Positions 18,620-27,220 are shown, counted from the stretch's first letter. The stretch is DNA of 28,627 nucleotides from Verrucomicrobiota bacterium (GCA_033762115.1 JANRLX010000069.1:1-28627); one strand, 5' to 3'. Numbers and translations: made by a program. Notes: generated by a model from the letters alone, not told the origin.

Positions 18620-20212
18620 TTAGTCACGGTCGTCACCGCGATCCTTGCCACGAGTAGGGATCAACAGCAACAATTGGCCATCTTCCACAGTCCCTGTTCC
18701 AGGGGCCAGTGAAGGTAGGTGCGCCTGCACGTCGAAGAGCAGGGTGCCGTTGCCGAGCAGGCCTTCAGTCGAGACGATACCGCTTGTTTCCCACACCCCA
18801 GCGGTGATCGCGGGAGGATTGCCCAAAACAGGAGGATTTCCGCTCACAGGGCGAACAGTGCCGGGAGGATTCAATTCCACAATCGGGGTCGCTTCGTAAT
18901 TATTCTTGATATCGAAGCTCCAGATCTGTCCATCGCGCCCTTTGGCAGACATCACCGCGCGGCTCTGGGCTGTTCCATCTTCACAGATCAGCACTGCGCC
19001 AGGGATCGTTTCCACGTTGTCAGGGCTGATTGCGATGTCACCACCAGCGGCGATCACTTCGTCAGCATTGTAAATCAGGGTCAATTTGCATGGACCGGTC
19101 ACATCCTTCTTGTTCAATTCCAGCTTGTAAAGACGGCCAAGGCTGTTTCCTGTGCCGCCACCGGTTGTGACAAAGTAGTAGATGTTCGGGTCTTTCTTGT
19201 CGAACGCCCCATCTTCAGTCCGGATGAAGCCAAATGCTCCCACCGCATCAGAGGCAACTTCCAGCTGTGCGTCGGTCATTGCTTCAACCCCTTCCAGTTT
19301 CACCCAATGAGCGGTGATCGAGCCGGAGGTGAAGGTCAGTTCGCTGTTCTTGCTGGCGTCATCCCCAATCAGCACCCAGACACCGCCGTCATCACGTCCC
19401 AGACCATTTCGGCCCAGGCCGTCGCTGGCCTTCTTGTTCTTTTTGCCCACCCACATATACAACTGGTTGTCAGGAGTGTTCGGACCATCTTCCATCATCA
19501 TCAGCACCGTGGTTTCACCAGGATGAGGACGGGCCAGCGTGTTTTCCCACGGGAAACGGCCCTGCCATGGCAAGGTGTGGAGCTGGTTGTCGAATACGCA
19601 GACCCCCAGGCCCCCTTTACCGTCAAACGTCGCTGCGCCGCCGCTCTCTTCACCGCAGAAATAGATCGGGCGATCAAATCCAGCTTCCTTCCAGGAAAGT
19701 GATCCTGAGCAAAAACGGGCGAATCCAGGAGTGGTGTTGCCAACCTGGGCCGGAGGCAGCACCAAACCTTTTTCATGGTCCACCACTTCGGTGTAAGCCA
19801 CATCGCCGGAAAGAACGCAACCGTCACGGTTCAGCATCAGCCGGGAAACAAATGCCCCGCGATATGATGGAAGGCCGGGATAGGGTGTCGAAACAACCGT
19901 ATTGCCGAACTCATGGTTCATGTACACTGCCACATTGTTGTGCCCGGCTTTGTGCACACCGAGACCGTCTGGAATGCCCACCAATTGATAAACCTGGCTT
20001 GCATTCTTGGTCGAGGGAAGCTGTTCGCCAACGCTCAGCAGCGGCTTCACAACGTAATCTGTTGAGTAGCTCACTGCGTATGGCTTGACCTGGGTCAAAA
20101 AGCATTCTTCGTTATTATCTGCCTGTGCGCTTACTGCTGCGCCGGCCAGAATCGGTGCTGCGAGCAACGCAGCCCAATACTGTTCCCGTTTACCTGGAAA
20201 TAAATGTTTCAT
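18620..20212 (-). CDS. phoX: PhoX/DUF839-family alkaline phosphatase, secreted
   Basis: PDG, MNHE, RFCSG, GEE, GRF.WEN, R.EDG, PDN, ICEDG, ETSG and VQAH motifs in PhoX order. Signal peptide ending AQA. Confidence 0.82.
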   Translation of the reverse strand: MKHLFPGKREQYWAALLAAPILAGAAVSAQADNNEECFLTQVKPYAVSYSTDYVVKPLLSVGEQLPSTKNASQVYQLVGIPDGLGVHKAGHNNVAVYMNHEFGNTVVSTPYPGLPSYRGAFVSRLMLNRDGCVLSGDVAYTEVVDHEKGLVLPPAQVGNTTPGFARFCSGSLSWKEAGFDRPIYFCGEESGGAATFDGKGGLGVCVFDNQLHTLPWQGRFPWENTLARPHPGETTVLMMMEDGPNTPDNQLYMWVGKKNKKASDGLGRNGLGRDDGGVWVLIGDDASKNSELTFTSGSITAHWVKLEGVEAMTDAQLEVASDAVGAFGFIRTEDGAFDKKDPNIYYFVTTGGGTGNSLGRLYKLELNKKDVTGPCKLTLIYNADEVIAAGGDIAISPDNVETIPGAVLICEDGTAQSRAVMSAKGRDGQIWSFDIKNNYEATPIVELNPPGTVRPVSGNPPVLGNPPAITAGVWETSGIVSTEGLLGNGTLLFDVQAHLPSLAPGTGTVEDGQLLLLIPTRGKDRGDDRD

Positions 20213-20283
20213 GGGTGTCTGTTTATTGAGTTCTAGTGCGCCTCACTTCTCGTTCCTGAGGCAAGGCGCCACACGTTGCTCGG

Positions 20284-20317
20284 ATCATGTGTCGAAAAGA
20301 TGACGGGTTTGTTACGA
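20284..20317 (-). promoter_or_regulatory. Pho-box-like promoter facing phoX
   Basis: Minus strand TCGTAAC-AAAC-CCGTCAT (20317-20300, 11-bp period), then 10 nt, then the -10-like CATGAT (20289-20284). Confidence 0.65.
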
Positions 20318-20354
20318 ACAAGCTAGTTCCGCCCCCTTCCCCGATGCCCCATAC

Positions 20355-20399
20355 TTGTAACCCTGCTGTCACAAAACGGTCACAACCCCGCGCCACTCT
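20355..20399 (+). promoter_or_regulatory. Triple Pho-box-like promoter facing the imelysin operon
   Basis: TTGTAAC (20355), CTGTCAC (20366) and CGGTCAC (20377) at exact 11-bp periodicity, then 10 nt, then the -10-like CACTCT (20394-20399). GTG start at 20409. Confidence 0.72.
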
Positions 20400-20408
20400 T
20401 TCTTTCCT

Positions 20409-21560
20409 GTGCCGAGACTCCTCTCCATCACATGGTTCTGCGTCCTCCAACTGGCTGTCACCCAGGCCAACGGCCCCGCCCCGGACCCTTTAAAACAGCA
20501 GATCGTCAAAACCTACTCCGCCATCGCCCACGCTGCCTACCAGGACTCCATCACCTCCGCTCGCGCTCTTCAAACCGCCATCGAAAGCTTCCTCGCCCAG
20601 CCTACCGAAGACAACTTGCAGAAAGCCCGCGCCTCCTGGACCGCTTCCCGCGTTCCTTATCTCCAGACGGAAGTTTATCGCTTCACCGAAGGCCCCATCG
20701 AAGCAGTCGAAGGACTGATCAATGCCTGGCCTTTGGACGAGCACTACATCGATTATGTCGAAGGAGAGCCGGACGCCGGAATTATCAATAATCCCGCGCA
20801 ATTCCCAAAAATCACCGCCGCCCTGGTCCGCGAATTGAATGAAAAGGAGGGGGAGAAAAACATTTGCGCCGGTTTTCACGCCATTGAATTTTTGCTCTGG
20901 GGCCAGGACTTCGATACTCACGGCCCCGGCAAACGTCCAGCCACTGACTTCGCCCTCAACAGCGGCAACCAGCGCGTCCAACGGCGACGTGATTACTTGA
21001 AGGCTGCCACCTCCCTCCTTCTTCAGACCCTCGCCGAAGTGGAAGCGGACTGGGCCGAAAAACCGGGCAACTATCGCGAGCGTTTGTCCAAAATGCCTCC
21101 GGATGAAGCCCTCGCTGTCATCCTGCGCGGCATGGGAAGCTTAAGCGGCGCGGAAATCAGCGGCGAACGCCTGACTGTCCCCTACGAAACCAAGGAACAG
21201 GAGGATGAACATTCCTGTTTCAGTGACACCACCCTTCAGGATCATCTCTACGACCTCATCGGCGTCCAGAACCTTTTCCTCGGCCGCTACAAACGAATCG
21301 ATGGCACCACAATTCAAGGTCCCGGCTTGCGCGATCTTCTCCTGCGCGAGAACGAGCCGCTCGCCAAAACGCTCGAAAAACAGATCGAAACCAGCATCGA
21401 AGCCGTCAAGGCAATCCCACATCCCTTCGATCAGGCCATGCTCGGGCGGGACGATGCCCCGGGCCGCAAAGCCATGCAGCGCGCCATCAAAGCGGTCACC
21501 GCCCAAACAGATTCCCTCAGCAAAGCCGCTGAGGCTCTCGGCCTGAAGTTAAACCTCTGA
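20409..21560 (+). CDS. Imelysin-family (IrpA/IcmP-like) exported metal-binding protein
   Basis: Signal peptide. ARASW..SRVPYLQTEVYRF, INAWPLDE..IDY, GFHAIEFLLWGQD (GxHxxE), QEDEHSCFSD. Confidence 0.92.
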   Translation: MPRLLSITWFCVLQLAVTQANGPAPDPLKQQIVKTYSAIAHAAYQDSITSARALQTAIESFLAQPTEDNLQKARASWTASRVPYLQTEVYRFTEGPIEAVEGLINAWPLDEHYIDYVEGEPDAGIINNPAQFPKITAALVRELNEKEGEKNICAGFHAIEFLLWGQDFDTHGPGKRPATDFALNSGNQRVQRRRDYLKAATSLLLQTLAEVEADWAEKPGNYRERLSKMPPDEALAVILRGMGSLSGAEISGERLTVPYETKEQEDEHSCFSDTTLQDHLYDLIGVQNLFLGRYKRIDGTTIQGPGLRDLLLRENEPLAKTLEKQIETSIEAVKAIPHPFDQAMLGRDDAPGRKAMQRAIKAVTAQTDSLSKAAEALGLKLNL

Positions 21561-21566
21561 TAAGCT

Positions 21567-22910
21567 GTGCGATTCTGGCTTCTCATCCTCCTTGCTCTCC
21601 CCCACGTTCGAGGCAATGAGTTCTCTGGTGGCGCTACCACCGTTTTTGATGCCTCACGCAACGCCTTTACTTTCCCTGCTCGCAACATGCCTCCAGAACG
21701 GAAACCTGCGTTCTTCGTCGGCAATTCCTTTTTCAATGAAAACTGGGTCGCAGCTCCTGCCTCCACGGTCGCGCGGGACGGCCTCGGCCCCCTTTTCAAC
21801 GCCCGCTCCTGCTCCGCCTGTCATTTCAAGGACGGACGCGGTCGTCCCCCTGAACCAGGCGAGGCAATGGTTTCAATGCTCCTTCGCATCAGCACCACCA
21901 ATTGCCCCGACAACGGTCCCTCAGGCGACGTCACCTACGGCTTGCAAATCCAGCCCCATGCTCTTCCCCGCTTCCAGGGCGAGGCCGATCTCAAGATCGA
22001 ATATCACGAAATTGACGGCTCCTATGCAGATGGTGAACCTTACCGCCTGCGAAAGCCTGTTTATCAATTTGAAAAGCTCCATTACGGCCCCATCAGCACG
22101 AACATCCAAACCTCCGGGCGCGTCGCTCCCGCGTTGATTGGCCTCGGTTTGCTCGAGGCGATTCCTGAATCTGTCCTTCAGCAGCTGGCCGATCCGGACG
22201 ACCGCGATGGAAACGGAATCTCTGGAAAATTGAACATCGTTCTGGACGTCCAATCCGGCAGAAAAACAATCGGCCGCTTTGGCTGGAAGGCCGAACAACC
22301 GAGCCTCCGCCAACAAATCGCCGCTGCCTTCCTTGGTGACATGGGATTGACCACTCCACTTTTTAAAACCGGTGAATACACCGCCGCTCAATCAATCCTC
22401 AGTTCAGCTCCTGATGGCGGAGTACCCGAAGTCAGCGAAAAAATTTTCAACGACATGATCTATTATTGTCAGACCCTTGCCGTCCCCGCCCGGCGCGAGA
22501 CCAAAAGCTCCACTATTTTGCGCGGTGAAGCCCTCTTCAGGCAGGCCAGTTGCACCGCCTGCCACCTCCCGGAACTGGTCACCGGCACGCTCCAGGAATT
22601 TCCTGAACTTTCACAACAGGCCATTCAACCGTTCACCGATTTGCTCCTTCATGACATGGGCGAAGGACTTGCTGATGATCGCCCCGTTTTTCAGGCCAGC
22701 GGTCGCGAATGGCGCACCCCGCCCCTTTGGGGAATCGGCCTTCAGAAAACCGTCAACGGCCATGAATTTTTCCTTCACGATGGCCGCGCCCGTGGTCTTG
22801 CTGAAGCCATCCTTTGGCACGGCGGCGAAGCCGCCCCCTCCCGCGAGGCCTTCCGGCAGATGAGCAAAACCGACCGCGAAGCGCTCCTGGAATTCCTTCG
22901 ATCACTTTAA
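21567..22910 (+). CDS. Di-heme oxidoreductase family protein (DHOR/DUF1111)
   Basis: GLGPLFNARSCSACHFKDGRG, GLGLLEAIP, DPDDRDGNGISG, GRFGWKA, CTACH, TDLLLHDMG, EWRTPPLWGIG, LHDGRAR..EAILWHGGEA. Two CxxCH motifs. Confidence 0.94.
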   Translation: MRFWLLILLALPHVRGNEFSGGATTVFDASRNAFTFPARNMPPERKPAFFVGNSFFNENWVAAPASTVARDGLGPLFNARSCSACHFKDGRGRPPEPGEAMVSMLLRISTTNCPDNGPSGDVTYGLQIQPHALPRFQGEADLKIEYHEIDGSYADGEPYRLRKPVYQFEKLHYGPISTNIQTSGRVAPALIGLGLLEAIPESVLQQLADPDDRDGNGISGKLNIVLDVQSGRKTIGRFGWKAEQPSLRQQIAAAFLGDMGLTTPLFKTGEYTAAQSILSSAPDGGVPEVSEKIFNDMIYYCQTLAVPARRETKSSTILRGEALFRQASCTACHLPELVTGTLQEFPELSQQAIQPFTDLLLHDMGEGLADDRPVFQASGREWRTPPLWGIGLQKTVNGHEFFLHDGRARGLAEAILWHGGEAAPSREAFRQMSKTDREALLEFLRSL

Positions 22911-22922
22911 ACCACTTTAATT

Positions 22923-23969
22923 ATGCGCAGAATCATCCTTACACTTTTCCTTTCACTGCTCCTCACATCCCACGGCGGGGAGTTCTCCAAACCGGCCATG
23001 CTCGAGGATCTTTGGAGTGGCGTTCTGGTTCCCTCCTTCGCCGACTTCCACAAGCAGGCGCAGGAACTGAAATCCGCCACCGAAAACTTCAAGGCCAACC
23101 CCACCCAGGACACTCTCCTCGCGGCACGGAAGGCATGGAAATCCGCCCTCCTGAAATGGAAACTGACCACCGTCGCTCATTTCGGTCCCGCCCTCGAATC
23201 AGGCCTGCTCAACCGGATTTATTACTGGCCCTCCCGTCGCAACAGTATCGACAAGGTCCTCCGAGACACCGCCGAACTGACCCCGGAATATTTGGCCAAT
23301 CTCGGCGTCACCGCCGTCAGCATGGGCGCTTTGGAATACCTCCTCTTCCATGCCACCAGGGATGACGCTGCGCTGCTTTCCACCTTCGAGGGAGAAGCGG
23401 GTGCACGCCGCCGCGCCTATGTCAGCGCCGTTGCCTCGGAAATCGAGCGGGACTCCAGGGAACTCCTCGCTGCTGTTTCCAGCGAAAAAGCCAAAACCAC
23501 CTTCGTCAATGGTGGGCAGGAAAGCCTCACCGCCATTGTCAACCTCATCGCCGCCACGGTCGAAGGGCAAACCGTCATCCGTCTCCGGCAGGGGATCCAG
23601 TTCAGCGCAAGCAAACTCACCTCGCCCGATTTTTTTGAAGGGGGCAACAGCGGCACTTCTGTCGAACTGATCACCGCCGCACTCATGGGGGCCAAAGCTT
23701 ACTTTACCGGGGCTCCCTCCCGCCTCGGATTAAAGGACAATCTCAAGCAGGTCGGCTCTCCCATCCAAACCTCCCTTCTCGCGCAATTCGATGCTGCCAT
23801 TGCCGCCCTCGAAGCCATCCAGATGCCTCTGGCCGATGCGCTCAAAAACAAAAAGGAACTCGTCGAAAAGGCGCATGATGAATGCAAAAAACTCGAGATC
23901 ATGCTCAAGGCCGACCTCACCAGCGCGCTCGGCGTCGCTTTGACATTTACCTCTGTCGATGGTGATTGA
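22923..23969 (+). CDS. Second imelysin-like exported protein
   Basis: Signal peptide. ARKAWK, IYYWPSRR, MGALEYLLF (no His in the motif), LGVALTFTSVDGD C-terminus typical of the second imelysin subfamily. Confidence 0.85.
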   Translation: MRRIILTLFLSLLLTSHGGEFSKPAMLEDLWSGVLVPSFADFHKQAQELKSATENFKANPTQDTLLAARKAWKSALLKWKLTTVAHFGPALESGLLNRIYYWPSRRNSIDKVLRDTAELTPEYLANLGVTAVSMGALEYLLFHATRDDAALLSTFEGEAGARRRAYVSAVASEIERDSRELLAAVSSEKAKTTFVNGGQESLTAIVNLIAATVEGQTVIRLRQGIQFSASKLTSPDFFEGGNSGTSVELITAALMGAKAYFTGAPSRLGLKDNLKQVGSPIQTSLLAQFDAAIAALEAIQMPLADALKNKKELVEKAHDECKKLEIMLKADLTSALGVALTFTSVDGD

Positions 23970-25272
23970 GCGATTTGAAAAATTCCGGCAACAGCTCAAC
24001 AAGCCGGTTGACCCCGCCTCACTGGCGCTTTTCCGGATCGGCTTTGGCGCATTGATGGCCTGCGCCCTCGTTCGCTTCCTCGCCAAAGGGTGGGTCCATG
24101 ATCTCTTCATTGAGCCCACCTGGTTTTTTCCTTTCACCGGGTTCGAGTGGATCAAACCGCTGCCTTCTCCCTGGATTTATTTTCACGTTTTTCTCCTCCT
24201 TGCAGCGGCCATCGGCATTGCGCTTGGCTGGCGGTTTCGCCTCTCTGCAACCATTTTTTTCTTCGGATTCACTTACCTCGAATTGATCGATAAAACGAAT
24301 TACCTCAATCATTACTATCTCGTTTCAATTCTCGCCGGCCTGCTCATTTTTTTGCCTGCAGACCGCCCCTGGTCTCTCTCCCGCTCCTCAAAAAAAGGTG
24401 AACCAATCCCGGTCTGGACAGTTTACCTTTTGCGTTTTCAACTGGCCGTCGTTTATTTTTTTGCCGGGCTGGCCAAGCTGAATTCCGATTGGTTGCTGGA
24501 AGCGCAACCGTTGCGAATCTGGCTTGCGGCCAGGGATGATCTGCCGCTCATCGGCTCGTTGATGGACGAAGTTTGGGTTGCCTATGCCGCAAGCTGGACC
24601 GGTTTTGTTTACGACCTGACCATTGCCGCTTTCCTGCTTTGGCCACGCACACGCCCTGCGGCATACGTCGCTGTTCTCCTTTTTCATCTCGCCACTGCGC
24701 TGCTTTTTCCCATCGGCCTTTTTCCCTGGCTGATGATGGTTGCCACTCCGATTTTTTTTCAACCCTCCTGGCCACGGCGGTTTTTCAAATCACGGTCTGT
24801 TCCACAATTGAATCCTGTTCCCAATCCTTCAACCCCTCTGCCGATTCCAATTCTCCTTCCCCTTGCGATTTTTGCCCTCCTCCAAATTGTTTTTCCGTTG
24901 CGCCACCTCGCTTATGAAGGGCCGGTGGCGTGGGATTACAGAGGATTCAATTTTTCATGGAGAGTCATGGCCGCGGAAAAAGCCGGGTTCGCCTCCTTCA
25001 TGGTCACCGATGCCAGCGGGCAATGGAAGGAAGTACGGCCGGAGGAACGGCTGACTTCCCTTCAAGCGAAAATGATGGCGCAGGACCCTGAAATGATCCG
25101 CTGTTTCGCACAATCACTCGCCGCGGAATACCGGGAGCGGGGATGGAATGATGTGCGTGTGACAGTGGATGCCTGGGCCTCCCTCAACGGAAAGCCCAGC
25201 AAACGGTTGATCAATCCGGAAGTCGATTTCGCCCGGGAACTTCCAGACTGCTGGATTCTTCCCTGGCGCTGA
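23959..25272 (+). CDS. HTTM-domain / vitamin K-dependent gamma-carboxylase-like membrane protein
   Basis: SLALFRIGFG, DKTNYLNHYYL, VYFFAGLAKLNSDWL, FH..T..LF.IG.FP, FSWRVM, QDPEMI, SLNG.....LINPEVD. Overlaps the upstream gene by 11 nt. Confidence 0.9.
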   Translation: MVIERFEKFRQQLNKPVDPASLALFRIGFGALMACALVRFLAKGWVHDLFIEPTWFFPFTGFEWIKPLPSPWIYFHVFLLLAAAIGIALGWRFRLSATIFFFGFTYLELIDKTNYLNHYYLVSILAGLLIFLPADRPWSLSRSSKKGEPIPVWTVYLLRFQLAVVYFFAGLAKLNSDWLLEAQPLRIWLAARDDLPLIGSLMDEVWVAYAASWTGFVYDLTIAAFLLWPRTRPAAYVAVLLFHLATALLFPIGLFPWLMMVATPIFFQPSWPRRFFKSRSVPQLNPVPNPSTPLPIPILLPLAIFALLQIVFPLRHLAYEGPVAWDYRGFNFSWRVMAAEKAGFASFMVTDASGQWKEVRPEERLTSLQAKMMAQDPEMIRCFAQSLAAEYRERGWNDVRVTVDAWASLNGKPSKRLINPEVDFARELPDCWILPWR

Positions 25273-25279
25273 CACTCCG

Positions 25280-27121
25280 CTATTTCGGCGTCAGGACATT
25301 TTCCAGCAACTCATTGAGCCGCCTGACCATCGTGCGCGGGTCCTCGACCAGTCCAGCGGCCACCCGCGCATTATCCACCAGTTGTTCCGCCACCTTCGTC
25401 GCCAATGCCGGATTGCTCTGGCGCGAACCTGCGAGGGAAACGATCAGCTTGTGCGCCGGATTGATTTCCAGGTTCGGAACACTTTCCGGGGTGGGGTCAT
25501 CCTTGCGCATGGCCTTGAGAATTTTGCGCATGCTTGCGGTCAACGCCTGGTTTCCTTCAACCACCACCGCCGGGCTGTCCACCAGGCGGGAGGAGGCTTG
25601 CACGTCATTGACTTTTCCTTTCAACGTTTCCTTCAACCAGGAGATCAACCCGTCCAGTTCCTCCTTGCTCAGGGTCGATTGCTTCTGTTCCTCCAGCTTC
25701 AGGTCCGCCCGTTCAGCGGGAACGAGCGGCTTGCCCTCGAATTCCCGGAGGTTATCCATGACAAACTCGTCCCACGGGTCATCGAGAAAGAGGACTTCGA
25801 ATTTCCTGGCGGAAAACACTTCGAAATAAGGACTGGCTTCGGCGGATTCACGGCTTGGGGAGAGCAGGTAATAAATTTCCTTCTGCGCCTCGGGCATCCG
25901 GCTCACATAATCGGCCAGCGAGGTTCGTTCTCCCTTGCTCATCGTCGAGCTTTCATACCGCAATAATTTGCCCAGCGCTTCACGATGGGTGAAATCGGTG
26001 ACCACCCCTTCCTTGATGAATTTGTGGTACTCAGCGTAGAAGGCTTTGTACTTTTCCGGCTCTTTGGTCGCCTGCTCATCAAGGAATTTCAGGAAACGGC
26101 TTGTCAGTACCTTGTTCAGCTTCTGCATCAACGAACTGTCCTGCATCGTTTCGCGCGAGATGTTCAGCGGCATGTCCTCGCTGTCCACCGCCCCCTTGAG
26201 GAAACGGAGCCATTCCGGAAACAGGTTTTTGGCATGTGGCTGGATCAACACCTTGCGGCAATAAAGGTTGACCTCGCTTTCCGAGCGGGCCATGCCGAGC
26301 GCCTCGAAATTTTTCGAGGGGACATAAAGCAGGGACTGGATGGAAAGGGGGGCGTCCGCGTTGAAATGAAGGCGGTACAACGGCTTCTCCTGGTCATGCC
26401 CGATGTATTTGTAAAACTCATCGTACTCCTCCTCCTTGATCTCATTTTTATTGCGGCCCCAGATTGCCTGCATCGTATTGAGCGTCTTGCCGTTCAGCTC
26501 AATGGGGAAAGGGACAAAGTTCGAGTAACGTTTGATAATCTGCTCGAGGCGAAACTCCTTCGCAAAATCCAGGCTTTCCTCATTCAGGTGAAGCGTGATT
26601 TTAGTCCCGCGCGGGAGTTCATCCGCCGGTTCGATTTCATATCCGCCCGACCCATCAGAACTCCAGCGCCAGCTTTTTTCGGAAGGCTGGTGTGACCGGG
26701 TTTCCACCACCACCCGCCTTGCCGCCATGAATGCTGAATAAAAACCAACCCCGAACTGGCCGATCAGGTTGATGTCCGGCTTTTTCTCCTCAGCGAGTTG
26801 CTTGAGGAACGCCTTGGAACCGGAATGGGCGATGGTGCCGAGGTTCTCAACCAGTTCGGCATGGGTCATGCCGATGCCGCTGTCAGCGATGGTGATGGTC
26901 CCCTCTTTTTCATTGGCGGTGACCACAATCTTCAACGGCAGGTCCGGCTGGTAAATTTCCTGTCCTGAGGCCTGGAGGAAGCGCAGCTTTTCAGTGGCAT
27001 CTGCAGCATTCGAAACCAGTTCGCGAACGAAAATCTCTTTGTCGGTATAAAGTGAATGAATGACGATATTCAGCAGTTGCTGAATCTCTGCTTGAAAAAC
27101 ATGTTTTTCAGTCGAACTCAT
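25280..27121 (-). CDS. htpG: Molecular chaperone HtpG (Hsp90)
   Basis: FQAEIQQLL.IVIHSLYTDKEIFVRELVSNAADA, DSGIGMT, NLGTIAHSG, IGQFGVGFYSAFM, DSEDMPLNISRE. Confidence 0.98.
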   Translation of the reverse strand: MSSTEKHVFQAEIQQLLNIVIHSLYTDKEIFVRELVSNAADATEKLRFLQASGQEIYQPDLPLKIVVTANEKEGTITIADSGIGMTHAELVENLGTIAHSGSKAFLKQLAEEKKPDINLIGQFGVGFYSAFMAARRVVVETRSHQPSEKSWRWSSDGSGGYEIEPADELPRGTKITLHLNEESLDFAKEFRLEQIIKRYSNFVPFPIELNGKTLNTMQAIWGRNKNEIKEEEYDEFYKYIGHDQEKPLYRLHFNADAPLSIQSLLYVPSKNFEALGMARSESEVNLYCRKVLIQPHAKNLFPEWLRFLKGAVDSEDMPLNISRETMQDSSLMQKLNKVLTSRFLKFLDEQATKEPEKYKAFYAEYHKFIKEGVVTDFTHREALGKLLRYESSTMSKGERTSLADYVSRMPEAQKEIYYLLSPSRESAEASPYFEVFSARKFEVLFLDDPWDEFVMDNLREFEGKPLVPAERADLKLEEQKQSTLSKEELDGLISWLKETLKGKVNDVQASSRLVDSPAVVVEGNQALTASMRKILKAMRKDDPTPESVPNLEINPAHKLIVSLAGSRQSNPALATKVAEQLVDNARVAAGLVEDPRTMVRRLNELLENVLTPK

Positions 27122-27131
27122 AGATAAATAA

Positions 27132-27161
27132 ATTCCATAAACAAGCTGGGAAGTCCGTCAA
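27132..27161 (-). promoter_or_regulatory. Possible sigma70 promoter for htpG with a very short leader
   Basis: Minus strand TTGACG-N18-TGGAAT ending 10 nt before the ATG. No SD sequence visible. Confidence 0.3.
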
Positions 27162-27220
27162 GCCCCCTGGCGGGGCAGCTGATAATCAGCGGTCGTGACC
27201 GCACGGCGCTGATCCGGTAA

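Noticed and set aside
18813..18850. Short PVSGNP/PVLGNP duplication in PhoX
   Set aside because: Two degenerate 18-nt units in a probable surface loop are too short to imply a function.
18719..19702. 327 aa plus-strand ORF
   Set aside because: It is an antisense shadow of phoX with no recognisable domain.
20238..20270. GCCTCA...TGAGGC hairpin in the presumed phoX leader as a riboswitch
   Set aside because: It is only a 6-bp stem and resembles no riboswitch family I recognise.
25371..25379. DnaA-box-like TTATCCACC near the skew change
   Set aside because: It is a single 8/9 match inside the htpG coding sequence, with no cluster or AT-rich unwinding element, so it is not evidence for oriC.
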